Positions 1 through 10,900 of a stretch of 47,054 nucleotides of DNA are shown piece by piece. Within the stretch, counting starts at the first letter, position 1; the number at the start of each line of letters is the position of its first letter. Made by a program: the position numbers and the translations under genes. Source of the stretch: Nemertoderma westbladi (taxonomy: Eukaryota > Animalia > Xenacoelomorpha); the NCBI GenBank assembly GCA_032718475.1, contig JAUCBJ010009024.1, positions 1 through 47,054 on the forward strand. The letters are read 5' to 3'. The notes below the pieces were generated by a model. That model had not been told where the DNA came from. It saw only the letters and a program-made list of their open reading frames with translations, and searched no databases.

Positions 1-632
1 TATCAAGAATATTGGGTTTCGGGGTTATTTATCGTTATTCCAAATATAATAATTCATCAACCATATTATGAAGAACTGACAGTAAATAGCAGTATAAAAC
101 AATAACTGAACACTGATTGTTATGAGTTTGCAATGTTTCAGCAGTCAGTATGTATGATCAGTTAGCAGTCCGGTCCGTTAAAGGATATATGTCCTTGTAA
201 TTAAACCTACTAGTGTTGAGCTAAAAAGCATAAAACATAAAACACTACAAAGCCGTTCTTTCGTGGCTTTGAAAAACTCGTGACTACTGCTCTATACGAG
301 GATACCAACTTCCTTATTCCACGAAGCTCCCGTTCAACACAGAGAAAGAGCAGTGAGATAGGAAATTTTCAGTTCAGTACTCTGTGATTGGTCAAAATCA
401 AGGCTAACTCAAAATTCTATTGGGAGATACAAAAACAAGGCTATGACGCAACCTCCCTAGGCTTGTTGGCCGATTAAACAGAGCCCAGATGCCTGCGTAC
501 AGCAAATCAGCCAATAAGCTGGTAACTTGCACTATTTTTAGCTGTAGATCACTTTGAGAGTATTCTTAGCGACTGGGGGGGAACTGGCCAACAAGGCAAA
601 CGAATCAGTTATCCCACAAAAGCCTTTACATT

Positions 633-766
633 ATTTATCACCCAGTTATTTAGTTATTTTACGAGTTATTTATCCGAGGGCATTTAACAATTGTTAACAT
701 AACAACAATCGTTAACTCCCCGAGGATAAATAACTCGTAAAATAACTAAATAACTGGGTGATAAAT
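633..766. repeat. Fold-back inverted repeat with 43-bp perfect arms
   Basis: 633-675 (atttatcacccagttatttagttattttacgagttatttatcc) is the exact reverse complement of 724-766. The 48-nt spacer is itself partly self-complementary. Confidence 0.92.
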
Positions 767-1575
767 ATGTTGTCACCCGATCTCACCACGGGATAGGCTC
801 TGCTAACATTTCTAAAAGGGTTTTGTTTGGGGGACTAAGAATAAAAATGGGGCATGGAAATTTTGGGGGTACAATCAGACACATAACATTAGTTATCTAA
901 GCGTGGTGGAAGATAACTACTGTAATTGTAATTCATGGACTGGTTTCAAGGTGACTGTCGGATATTTAATTAAGAAAACCATACACTCCATCATAAATAA
1001 ATGAATATATTGTATAAAATATGACTTAGGACGGGTGTGGCCGAGGCGTGTTTTCATTTTACATGTCTACATACTGTATTTTTATAATATTCCTGGTTTG
1101 CTGCCTATCTGTAAAACATTTTTGATATGAGAGCGATATAACGATAGATTGTTTATAAATAAATTAATAATTACGATATCCATTGATAGCTTCTCCATTC
1201 TACAGTACTATTATGATTTTATTATACAGTATATTATCTCTAAAGTGCAATATTTTAATGCGGTTGATTAATAAGGTTGGAGTGGAAATACAATACCATA
1301 CAAATGCCATGCAGTACAATGGTATTTGAAAACTTGTTTCATTTAAAATCAGTATTTCATTCAAAATTAACCATATATTATTAATTACTTTATGTTATAT
1401 TGTAAAATAAATTGTACAATCTCTAAACTTTAGGTACCATTTTCGATAGCAAAAATTAAATTCAAATTCAGAAATGTTAATTAAAAAATTTCCCATGTTA
1501 TATTAAAATTTCAAAACGTTGTACTAAAAGATACTGTATAAAACTTCTTAAAAGATAACTCCAATAACTCCAGCT

Positions 1576-1831
1576 GAGACAGGGGGGGGGGGGGGGGGGG
1601 GGAACTGGACGCAAATCACGCCTTGGCGAATTAATATCCCGCCTCAATGTTAAATTCTCAATTTAGGGAAAGGAGCATGTTACAGTGGCACGTAATTTTA
1701 ACCAAAACAATAAACTAAAGTCAATAGAACGGGTTACAGTTTTATTTTTGAGAATAATCAGCTGATATTTGCGTCGAATTTCCCCTGGAGAGGGATGAAA
1801 TTTTATTGCGTCTAGTTCCCCTCCCTATCTG
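1576..1831 (+). mobile_element. MITE with 8-bp TSD (hAT-like), copy 1
   Basis: Imperfect TIRs GAGACAG(G)nAACTGGACGCAA / TTGCGTCTAGTTCCCCTCCCTATCTG. The 8-mer ctccagct flanks both sides (1568-1575, 1832-1839). An inverted copy lies at 38035-38290. Confidence 0.85.
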
Positions 1832-2542
1832 CTCCAGCTTATTCTAATTGAAAATATCCCAGAATACATACTGTTAACAATCTGTTGACAATGACTATAA
1901 CCTTAGGGATTTTTTATAAAACTTTTGGATACGAAAGTGGTGCTTAAAAATCCTATCAACAATACACATTAAAAATAGTAGTGATAACATTTAAATTCGA
2001 GATATTTAACTGGATTCTATTTTTTACGATCACGAAGCCTTTAAACACAAATTTAATATAATAAAGTCTTCCCACTAAAAATATAATAAGGGAAATTCAG
2101 AAATATTAAAATATAGGCATAGACGGTATTCACTTAGTTACATGTAAAACAAAATAAAGCAAAAATAAATACTAGCATAATTATTGCTTGAATAAAGGTT
2201 GATGCTGATGGTTGTCTATTTGTACACATTATAAATCTGTACATTGTGGACAGTGGCGCCTGTGGGGGACGTCCGTAGACGAGCAGGGGCATCCCCAGCA
2301 ACGGCCACACATGGCCCCAACTGCTATAGGGGCTGTTGGGCTGTCAGTCAGAGAGGTAACAGCCTGCAAGGTAAGGATTTACCTCTGGGGCCCCAACTAT
2401 CAGATAGTCTGATACCAACTGTCAGACAGTGTCTTTCAACTAGTGATTGCCTGTTGCTGTGTTGCCCTCAGTCAGTCAGTTGTATTTTTTTAAAACCACC
2501 TCGTATTGTTGACGGAATCAGTTACGACCGAAATCGTTGATC

Positions 2543-2800
2543 GTTAAACCCGGATTGATGGTGGCGAAGTGGGAGTGTATTAAACCTGGGGCCGGGACGA
2601 TGACGACGGAGTCAATTAATCCCGGGACGATGACGACGATGTCTATTAAACCCGGAACGATGACCACAGACTCTATTAAACCCGGGACGATGGCGGCGGA
2701 GTGGGAGTATTAAACCCGGGGCCGGCACGATGACGACGGAGTCAATTAAACCCGGGACGATGACGACGATGTCTATTAAACCACGGACGGAGTCGACGAT
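2543..2800 (+). repeat. Minisatellite, ~30-38 bp unit
   Basis: About 8 degenerate copies of ttaaacccgggacgatgacgacgga(gtcaa). Confidence 0.85.
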
Positions 2801-3376
2801 GACTGATAATCTTAAAACGATGTTAAGACTGGTTTCGGTTTGTGAGATCGACCTGGCAATATATACTAACTCAACTCGCTTTCTTCGAATTTCTAGTAAT
2901 ATATTTTGATCTAATTATAATATATTAATTATACTATTCTTATATTGGAGATTCTAGAATTTTGAATAAGAGAAGTGTGACTAAATTTTCAGATTAAGTT
3001 TTTAGATTAAATTTTGTTTTAATTACTAGCTAAAAAGCTTGAAATGATTCATTGATTCATTTTGAAAAAAAAATTATATAATAAATATGGATTTGATATA
3101 AATCATATTTGTTTAAGTTATATGTTATTATCTATGAAAAATATTAAAGAAGAAGCTTCTTCACAAAGAAACATCACTTATGGTCTTGATTGAACTAATA
3201 AAATCATAAGTAGGTGATTAAATTCACCTCCTTCTGCTAATTCTAATGTCAGACTACTGTCCACCAAGCCGCCATACGTGTTTCAAGGTTCGTGCAACGA
3301 CTACCGAGGTTCTGGGCCCAGTTGTGGGTGGTGGCCGGTGACCCAGTTACTGGTACCCACCCCGGGGCCGTCGTTT

Positions 3377-3546
3377 GGGCATCGCACTTCTCAGTACGGA
3401 CACCGCGCTTCTCAGTTCGGGCACAGCGCTTCTCAGTTCAGGGACCGCGCTCCTCTGTTCGGGCACCGCGCTTCTCAGTTTGGGCACCGCGCTCCTCAGT
3501 TCAGGCATCGCTCTCCTCTCCGTTCAGGCACCGCCCTCTTCTCAGT
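3377..3546 (+). repeat. 21-bp tandem repeat in the 5' UTR of the retroelement
   Basis: About 8 copies of gggcaccgcgcttctcagttc. Confidence 0.9.
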
Positions 3547-3857
3547 CTGTTTAAATACCACCCATATGGCATATGACTGCATCACCCTTCAATGCGATCA
3601 CTATAAATCAATAACTGTTATCATTTATCATTACAATCTCTTCTATACGCCAGCATCCTTCTACCATCAATTTATCTCACCTCACCTGTAACTGCTTATC
3701 ATTTGCCGTCCCATTTGTTGCTGTTTCATATTTTATTGCTGTACCGCCCGATTAGGCTAATAGGGCCAACTTCTGTATCACCATTTGGCTACTCCGGTTA
3801 CATTTTCTTACCAATTATTGCTAATATTGTTATCATTTCGAGATTCAAAAAAGTTTA

Positions 3858-4700
3858 ATGGATCCAAACACCACAATCAATCTCAGTTCCGATTTTATTT
3901 CCGATAGCGTCCTCCTCTTTGACCCTCCATCTGTAGATAAACCATCTTTCCTCCTGGCTGGCCGTTCCATCTCTGAAGCCGACATCAGCACCCTCTCAGG
4001 CAAAAACTGGCTGAATGACAATATTATCGAGGCAATCTCTGAATTCTTCTGCCTCCAATACCCCGGTAAAGCAAAGGTTTTCAGCACCCAGTTTTTTAAC
4101 ACCCTCATGTCACCCAACGGGATCTCTAGGGTCCGCCGCTGGTCCCAGGCAGACACATTTTCCTATGACGTACTTTTTTTCCCAATAAACGTGGGGGGCT
4201 ATCATTGGTCTTTGGCATCCTTCTCCCCCCAATCAGGGGTCATCAATTACTATGACTCATTCGGTGGAATTGATGGACAGTGTGTAGCTGCCCTCCAACA
4301 CTGGGTTACAGCCACTTCATCACGTCACGGCATCCAAACACCCCCAACTAGCATCGGTTTACCCCTTCCCAAACTCCAGTTCGATGGTTTCCAATGTGGG
4401 GTTTTCGTCTGCCGCTTTCTTAAAATGAGTCTCGTCGGTATTGTACCCCCCTATAACAATGATGAATCAATCAATTCTTTCCGGGTCCACCTGCGGGACC
4501 TTGTTGCTCGTCACTCCACCCTAGTAAGCCCCAGTTCTTCCACCATCACGCTCCCCGAACCCGACCTTCCCCCTCTGGTCGACCCCAAACAAGCACCCTG
4601 TGCACCATCATCACCCCCCCTCCCACCCACCATGCATCCACCCCTATCTCCCCTCCCTTCTTCCATGTGTTACCTCAACCCAATATTTCGGGCCACCTAA
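3858..4700 (+). CDS. Ulp1/SENP-like cysteine protease (peptidase C48) segment of the retroelement polyprotein
   Basis: Motifs WLNDNII, FSTQFF, FFPINVGGYHWSL (His), YYDS (Asp) and QFDGFQCGVFVC (Gln, Cys), followed by a Pro-rich linker. Confidence 0.9.
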   Translation: MDPNTTINLSSDFISDSVLLFDPPSVDKPSFLLAGRSISEADISTLSGKNWLNDNIIEAISEFFCLQYPGKAKVFSTQFFNTLMSPNGISRVRRWSQADTFSYDVLFFPINVGGYHWSLASFSPQSGVINYYDSFGGIDGQCVAALQHWVTATSSRHGIQTPPTSIGLPLPKLQFDGFQCGVFVCRFLKMSLVGIVPPYNNDESINSFRVHLRDLVARHSTLVSPSSSTITLPEPDLPPLVDPKQAPCAPSSPPLPPTMHPPLSPLPSSMCYLNPIFRAT

Positions 4701-5068
4701 GTCGATCTGAAATACCCGAATCCCCCCAAACCCTCATCTTCAGTCAGTCAGACTCTCAATCTGCTCCAACTGAACCACGTCAAGCCAATCTACCCCATTC
4801 CTTATGCGGCTCGTGCAGCAGGCTGTGCCTCACCAAAATCAACGGTGGCCTCCGTAAACACAAGGCCCTGGATGGCTCCCATTGTCCTGGTTCCGGTTCT
4901 CTACCACTACTCAATCAGCCGGTGGTCAGCCCCACCTCCAACCAAACCCCTGTCTCAGGGCCTTCCTGCGAGCCACCCAACCCAGCCCTGCCGCAAACAC
5001 CTTGTGAGGCACCCGGGTTCAATTATGCTGCACATTTGACAAACCTGTTTGTTCATCACTCTCTCTAA
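4667..5068 (+). pseudogene. Frameshifted middle segment with CCHC-type Zn-finger motif
   Basis: CGSCSRLCLTKINGGLRKHKALDGSHCPGSG resembles the N-terminal Zn motif of CRE-like elements. It overlaps both neighbouring ORFs in a different frame. Confidence 0.7.
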
Positions 5069-7220
5069 GATTAAAACCCTGACCCGCATCCCGCGTGGCG
5101 CCCGCTCATCCGCCGCATCAGCCTTCACCCGCCTATGCACTTCTGTGACCCAGGACAATTCTGTAAAAAACTGGATCAACCTACTCGCCTTCCCCTATTG
5201 TCTCCGTGTCCCATCTTGCAACACCAGGAAAAGACGCTGTAACAAATCCAACCACCCCAGCCGTGTCGGAAAGTCACTTACCTCTAAGGTCAAAGACCAA
5301 ATCTCTGACTACCTCGATCTAGCCCTTGGCCCCTCACCCATTGCCCTCCCCACCCCTCCTAGACGATGCCCACTCAAGACGGATTCCCAAGCAATCCGTG
5401 ATGAGCACTTAGGCAATCTCATATCCTCCAAAATAGAAGAAGGTAATGTCAAGGCTGCCGCCCGCCTGGCCTTCTCGGCCACCTCTATTGCACCCGCAAC
5501 TCCCGAAACACTCCAGGCCCTCCTTTCACTTCACCCTCCAGCCGTTCCAGGATGCCTTCTGGAGCTCCCCTCGCTTGATGTCCTTGATATCCCTCTCATC
5601 GAGTTCTCCCTTCCAGAAATCATGAAATCTATCCGATCGTTTCCGAATGGTTCTGCCACCAGCCCCGACAAACTTCGTCCTCAATTCCTTAAGGACTTTT
5701 GCTCCCACCAATCCGGCGATGCCGCCATGGGATCTCTGAAAGGCATCACCGGCATATCCAACCTACTAATCAAAGGATTAGTTCCAGAAACCATCCTCCC
5801 TTTTCTGTATGGGGCCCGACTATGTGCCTTTACCAAAGTCAACGACGGAATCCGTCCTATTGCAGTAGGTTGTACCCTTCGACGTCTATCTGCTAAGACT
5901 GGTTGCCATCAATCTTCTAAGAACTCCCAACTCAAACTTGCCCCCCACCAACTAGGCCATGGAATACCCCGTGGCTGTGAGGCCGCTGTTCATGCATCCC
6001 GGAGATTTCTTCAGGAGTCCGTTGAGCCAACCATCATGGTCAAAATTGACTTCAAAAACGCCTTCAACAGCGTTCATCGCGGGCCTGTCCTCCATTCAAT
6101 CCTGCAGAACCTTCCACCCCTGTACCCCATCGCTTTCCAGGCTTACTCGCAACCCACCCACCTCTTCTACGAGGACACAACCATTTCTTCGGAGGTTGGA
6201 ATTCAACAGGGTGACCCTCTATGCAACCTTTTCTTCAGCTCTGACACCCATGAAATTGTTGAGAGTGTCGAAACTCCCCTCAACGTCTGGTTCTTAGACG
6301 ATGGGTCCCTTGGAGGGACCCCCTCCGTTGTTGCCTCTAACCTTGAATCTGTGATCTCCAAAGCTGCTAAACTCGGCCTCCAGATTAAAGCATCGAAATG
6401 TGAGTTGATTTTTTCCACCAACTTTCCACCAAATCGGAAACCTGAGACCGCCGCCATATTCGATGCGATCACTCCTGGAATCAAATGTATCGACCTCGTT
6501 GATGCCTCCCTTCTGGGTGCTCCGCTTGGTGAACCAGCTATGGAATCCATTCTCCAGAACAAAGCATCCAAACTGGCAACTTTCACCAATCGCCTCCAAC
6601 TCCTTTCCTCTCATGACACTTTATACCTGCTCCGCCACTGTTTCGCAATCCCCAAACTAATGGTTATCCTGCGTTGCTCCCCTTGCTTCCTTGCCCCATC
6701 TCTATCCGACTTTGACTCTTCAATTAGAGCTGCACTTGAGTCAACGCTGAATATTCGGCTCGACGACTCTTCCTGGTCTCAAGCCTCTCTCCCCATCGCT
6801 TCAGGTGGGCTTGGCTTGCGTAGCACGAGGGACGTCTCACTGCCGGTCTTCTTGGCCTCCGTCTTCGGATGTGGTCCCCTGCTTCGTGCCCTTCTGCCCC
6901 CCTCTATCTCCGATTCGACTAACCCGCTCATCTCAAAGGCCCTATCGCTCCTTCCTCCTGGCACCGACACACCTCCCAACCCATCTGTCCAAAAGGCCTT
7001 TGTGACGGTTGCCTCCGAAACCCTAGGCCCAATCGGTGATGAGGGCACCGTTCTCCTCAATGAGATCGGTCGCCGAATCACCCTCGCCACCGGGGAACCA
7101 AGGTCCACCTCCTTCCTGTTCCAGCGGCTATCGATTGCCATCACCCGTGGGAATGCCAGCGCCATCATGGGGACCCTCCCCACCCAAGCTAGCCTCGATG
7201 AAGTGTTCCTACTTCGCTAG
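5049..7220 (+). CDS. Reverse transcriptase of CRE-like element, endonuclease core apparently deleted
   Basis: Motifs GIRPIAVGCTLRRL, QLGHGIPRGCEAAVH, KIDFKNAFNS, GIQQGDPL, WFLDD, QASLPIASGGLGLR, and C-terminal ETLG...FLFQRLSIAITRGNA. No CCHC or PD-(D/E)xK segment is visible between them. Confidence 0.9.
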   Translation: MFITLSKIKTLTRIPRGARSSAASAFTRLCTSVTQDNSVKNWINLLAFPYCLRVPSCNTRKRRCNKSNHPSRVGKSLTSKVKDQISDYLDLALGPSPIALPTPPRRCPLKTDSQAIRDEHLGNLISSKIEEGNVKAAARLAFSATSIAPATPETLQALLSLHPPAVPGCLLELPSLDVLDIPLIEFSLPEIMKSIRSFPNGSATSPDKLRPQFLKDFCSHQSGDAAMGSLKGITGISNLLIKGLVPETILPFLYGARLCAFTKVNDGIRPIAVGCTLRRLSAKTGCHQSSKNSQLKLAPHQLGHGIPRGCEAAVHASRRFLQESVEPTIMVKIDFKNAFNSVHRGPVLHSILQNLPPLYPIAFQAYSQPTHLFYEDTTISSEVGIQQGDPLCNLFFSSDTHEIVESVETPLNVWFLDDGSLGGTPSVVASNLESVISKAAKLGLQIKASKCELIFSTNFPPNRKPETAAIFDAITPGIKCIDLVDASLLGAPLGEPAMESILQNKASKLATFTNRLQLLSSHDTLYLLRHCFAIPKLMVILRCSPCFLAPSLSDFDSSIRAALESTLNIRLDDSSWSQASLPIASGGLGLRSTRDVSLPVFLASVFGCGPLLRALLPPSISDSTNPLISKALSLLPPGTDTPPNPSVQKAFVTVASETLGPIGDEGTVLLNEIGRRITLATGEPRSTSFLFQRLSIAITRGNASAIMGTLPTQASLDEVFLLR

Positions 7221-7585
7221 ACCGGTTACGACAGATTACCGAATGGATCCAGTTACATCATAGGAAATAAGCAAAGTACATTCCATTGAATTGTTTATCA
7301 TTTCATAACCCGGTCATAGTGCTACATAAATATTATTATTATTTTGATCTTAACAATAATTATAATCAATTATTTTATAGACCTAAATGTCTTGTCAATA
7401 TATAAGATTTGTAAATACTAAATAAATAGCTAACTTTATGATAATCTGTGATATATTTTTCGAATTGTAATTAATTTTATAATGAATTAGAAATATACTG
7501 TAAAGGAATTCTATCTTTTGACAGACTACTGTTTGCGCGACCATGATGATAAAAGGAAATGGTGCCGAAATATTTTACTTAACTG

Positions 7586-7710
7586 TAGATAGAGGCGCGG
7601 GGGGGGTCTTTAGATGCAATCAAAGTTGTTCCCTCTCCACGTGAAAATCGACGCAAATAACAGTTGTTTACCCCATAAAAATAAAACTGCAACCTGCTCA
7701 TTTCCCTTAA
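7586..7710 (-). mobile_element. Diverged partial relative of the 1576/38035 MITE
   Basis: Shares ccctctcca..gaaa...gacgcaaataaca...aaaaataaaactg.aacctg with 38035-38150. Confidence 0.6.
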
Positions 7711-7989
7711 TAAATAAATTAACATGAGACAGGATGTAATAGAGCATTTCACCCAAATAAACACAAAAAGTTCACGTCCATTGAAATGATCATGCCCATT
7801 GCCAACAACTCCAACTATGAAAAAATTTGAAATATTACAACCAACACTAACCAGTTCACGATCGCAAAAATTTCGTGTTTGCTGGTCTCATATTATTCGG
7901 GTAAGGTCACCTCAGATGCCTGGTTTGGTTATGCCCTCGTTTGTGCGCAACATATTTTCAGCTTAACCATCCCACTAGTAGTTGTTAAG

Positions 7990-10900
7990 TTAGATCCTGG
8001 AAGTGAACTTAGAACCAATATCTGAACTTAGATCCTGTAGGCGAACTTAGATCCTGTAGGCGAACTTAGATCCTGGAAGCGAACTTAGATCCTGGAAGTG
8101 AACTTAGAACCAAGATCTGAACTTAAATCCTGTAGGCGAACTTAGATCCTGGAAGTGAACTTAGAACCAATATCTGAACTTAGATCCTGGAGGCGAACTT
8201 AGATCCTGGAAGCGAACTTAGATCCTGGAAGTGAACTTAGAACCAATATCTGAACTTAGATCCTGGAGGCGAACTTAGATCCTGGAAGTGAACTTAGATC
8301 CTGGAAGTGAACTTAGAACCAATATCTGAACTTAGATCCTGGAAGCGAACTTAGATCCTGGAGGCGAACTTCGATCCTGGAAGTGAACTTAGATCCTGGA
8401 AGTGAACTTAGAACCAATATCTGAACTTAGATCCTGGAGGCGAACTTAGATCCTGGAAGCGAACTTAGATCCTGTAGGCGAACTTAGATCCTGGAAGCGA
8501 ACTTAGATCCTGGAAGTGAACTTAGCACCAATATCTGAACTTAGATCCTGTAGGCGAACTTAGATCCTGTAGGCGAACTTAGATCCTGGAAGCGAACTTA
8601 GATCCTGGAAGCGAACTTAAATCCTTGAAGTGAACTTAGATCCTGGAAGCGAACTTAGATCCTGGAAGTGAACTTAGATCCTGGAAGCAAACTTAGATCC
8701 TGGAAGTGAACTTAGAACCAAGATCTGAACTTAGATCCTGTAGGCGAACTTAGATCCTGTAGGCGAACTTAGATCCTGGAAGCGAACTTAGATCCTGGAA
8801 GTGAACTTAGAACCAATATCTGAACTTAGATCCTGTAGGCGAACTTAGATCCTGTAGGCGAACTTAGATCCTGGAAGCGAACTTAGATCCTGGAAGTGAA
8901 CTTAGAACCAAGATCTGAACTTAGATCCTATGGCGAACTTAGATCCTGTAGGCGAACTTAGATCCTGGAAGCGAACTTAGATCCTGGAAGTGAACTTAGC
9001 ACCAATATCTGAACTTAGATCCTGTAGGCGAACTTAGATCCTGTAGGCGAACTTAGATCCTGGAAGCGAACTTAGATCCTGGAAGCAAACTTAGATCCTT
9101 GAAGTGAACTTAGATCCTGGAAGCGAACTTAGATCCTGGAAGTGAACTTAGATCCTGGAAGCAAACTTAGATCCTGGAAGTGAACTTAGAACCAAGATCT
9201 GAACTTAGATCCTGTAGGCGAACTTAGATCCTGTAGGCGAACTTAGATCCTGGAAGCGAACTTAGATCCTGGAAGTGAACTTAGAACCAAGATCTGAACT
9301 TAGATCCTGTAGGCGAACTTAGATCCTGTAGGCGAACTTAGATCCTGGAAGCGAACTTAGATCCTGGAAGTGAACTTAGAACCAATATCTGAACTTAGAT
9401 CCTGGAGGCGAACTTAGATCCTGGAAGCGATCTTAGATCCTGGAAGCGAACTTAGATCCTGGAAGTGAACTTAGAACCAAGATCTGAACTTAAATCCTGT
9501 AGGCGAACTTAGATCCTGGAAGCGAACTTAGATCCTGGAAGTGAACTTAGAACCAATATCTGAACTTAGATCCTGGAGGCGAACTTAGATCCTGGAAGCG
9601 AACTTAGATCCTGGAAGTGAACGTAGAACCAATATCTGAACTTAGATCCTGGAGGCGAACTTAGATCCTGGAAGTGAACTTAGATCCTGGAAGTGAACTT
9701 AGAACCAATATCTGAACTTAGATCCTGGAAGCGAACTTAGATCCTGGAGGCGAACTTAGATCCTGGAAGTGAACTTAGATCCTGGAAGTGAACTTAGAAC
9801 CAATATCTGAACTTAGATCCTGGAAGCGAACTTAGATCCTGGAAGTGAACTTAGATCCTGGAAGTGAACTTAGAACCAATATCTGAACTTAGATCCTGGA
9901 GGCGAACTTAGATCCTGGAAGCGAACTTAGATCCTGGAAGTGAACTTAGAACCAATATCTGAACTTAGATCCTGGAGGCGAACTTAGATCCTGGAAGCGG
10001 ACTTAGATCCTGGAAGCGAACTTAGATCCTTGAAGTGAACTTAGATCCTGGAAGCGAACTTAGATCCTGGAAGTGAACTTAGAACCAATATCTGAACTTA
10101 GATCCTGTAGGCGAACTTAGATCCTGTAGGCGAACTTAGATCCTGGAAGCGGACTTAGATCCTGGAAGCGAACTTAGATCCTTGAAGTGAACTTCGATCC
10201 TGGAAGCGAACTTAGATCCTGGAAGTGAACTTAGATCCTGGAAGCGAAAAATAGATCCTGGAAGCAAACTTAGATCCTGGAAGTGAACTTAGAACCAAGA
10301 TCTGAACTTAGATCCTGTAGGTGAACTTAGATCCTGTAAGCGAACTTAGATCCTGAAAGCGAACTTAGATCCTGGAAGTGAACTTAGAACCAAGATCTGA
10401 ACTTAGATCCTGTAGGCGAACTTAGATCCTGTAGGCGAACTTAGATCCTGGAAGCGAACTTAGATCCTGGAAGTGAACTTAGATCCAAGATCTGAACTTA
10501 GATCCTATAGGCGAACTTAGATCCTGTAGGCGATCTTAGATCCTGGAAGCGAACTTAGATCCTGGAAGTGAACTTAGAACCAATATCTGAACTTAGATCC
10601 TGTAGGCGAACTTAGATCCTGTAGGCGAACTTAGATCCTGGAAGCGGACTTAGATCCTGGAAGCGAACTTAGATCCTTGAAGTGAACTTAGATCCTGGAA
10701 GCGAACTTAGATCCTGGAAGTGAACTTAGATCCTGGAAGCGAACATAGATCATGGAAGCAAACTTAGATCCTGGAAGTGAACTTAGAACCAAGATCTGAA
10801 CTTAGATCCTGTAGGCGAACTTAGATCCTGTAAGCGAACTTAGATTCTGATAGCGAACTTAGATCCTGGAAGTGAACTTAGAACCAAGATCTGAACTTAG

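Larger units (their letters stand above)
3261..7521 (+). mobile_element. CRE-like (RLE-class) non-LTR retrotransposon with Ulp1-type protease, defective
   Basis: C-rich block containing a protease ORF, a Zn-finger segment and an RT ORF with a CRE-type C-terminus. Candidate 11-bp TSD cagactactgt at 3250-3260 and 7522-7532. No poly(A) tail, so the boundaries are tentative. Confidence 0.75.

Noticed and set aside
3278-3691. ORFs with GHRASQF repeats
   Set aside because: Produced by the 21-bp repeat, with non-ATG starts and no domain.
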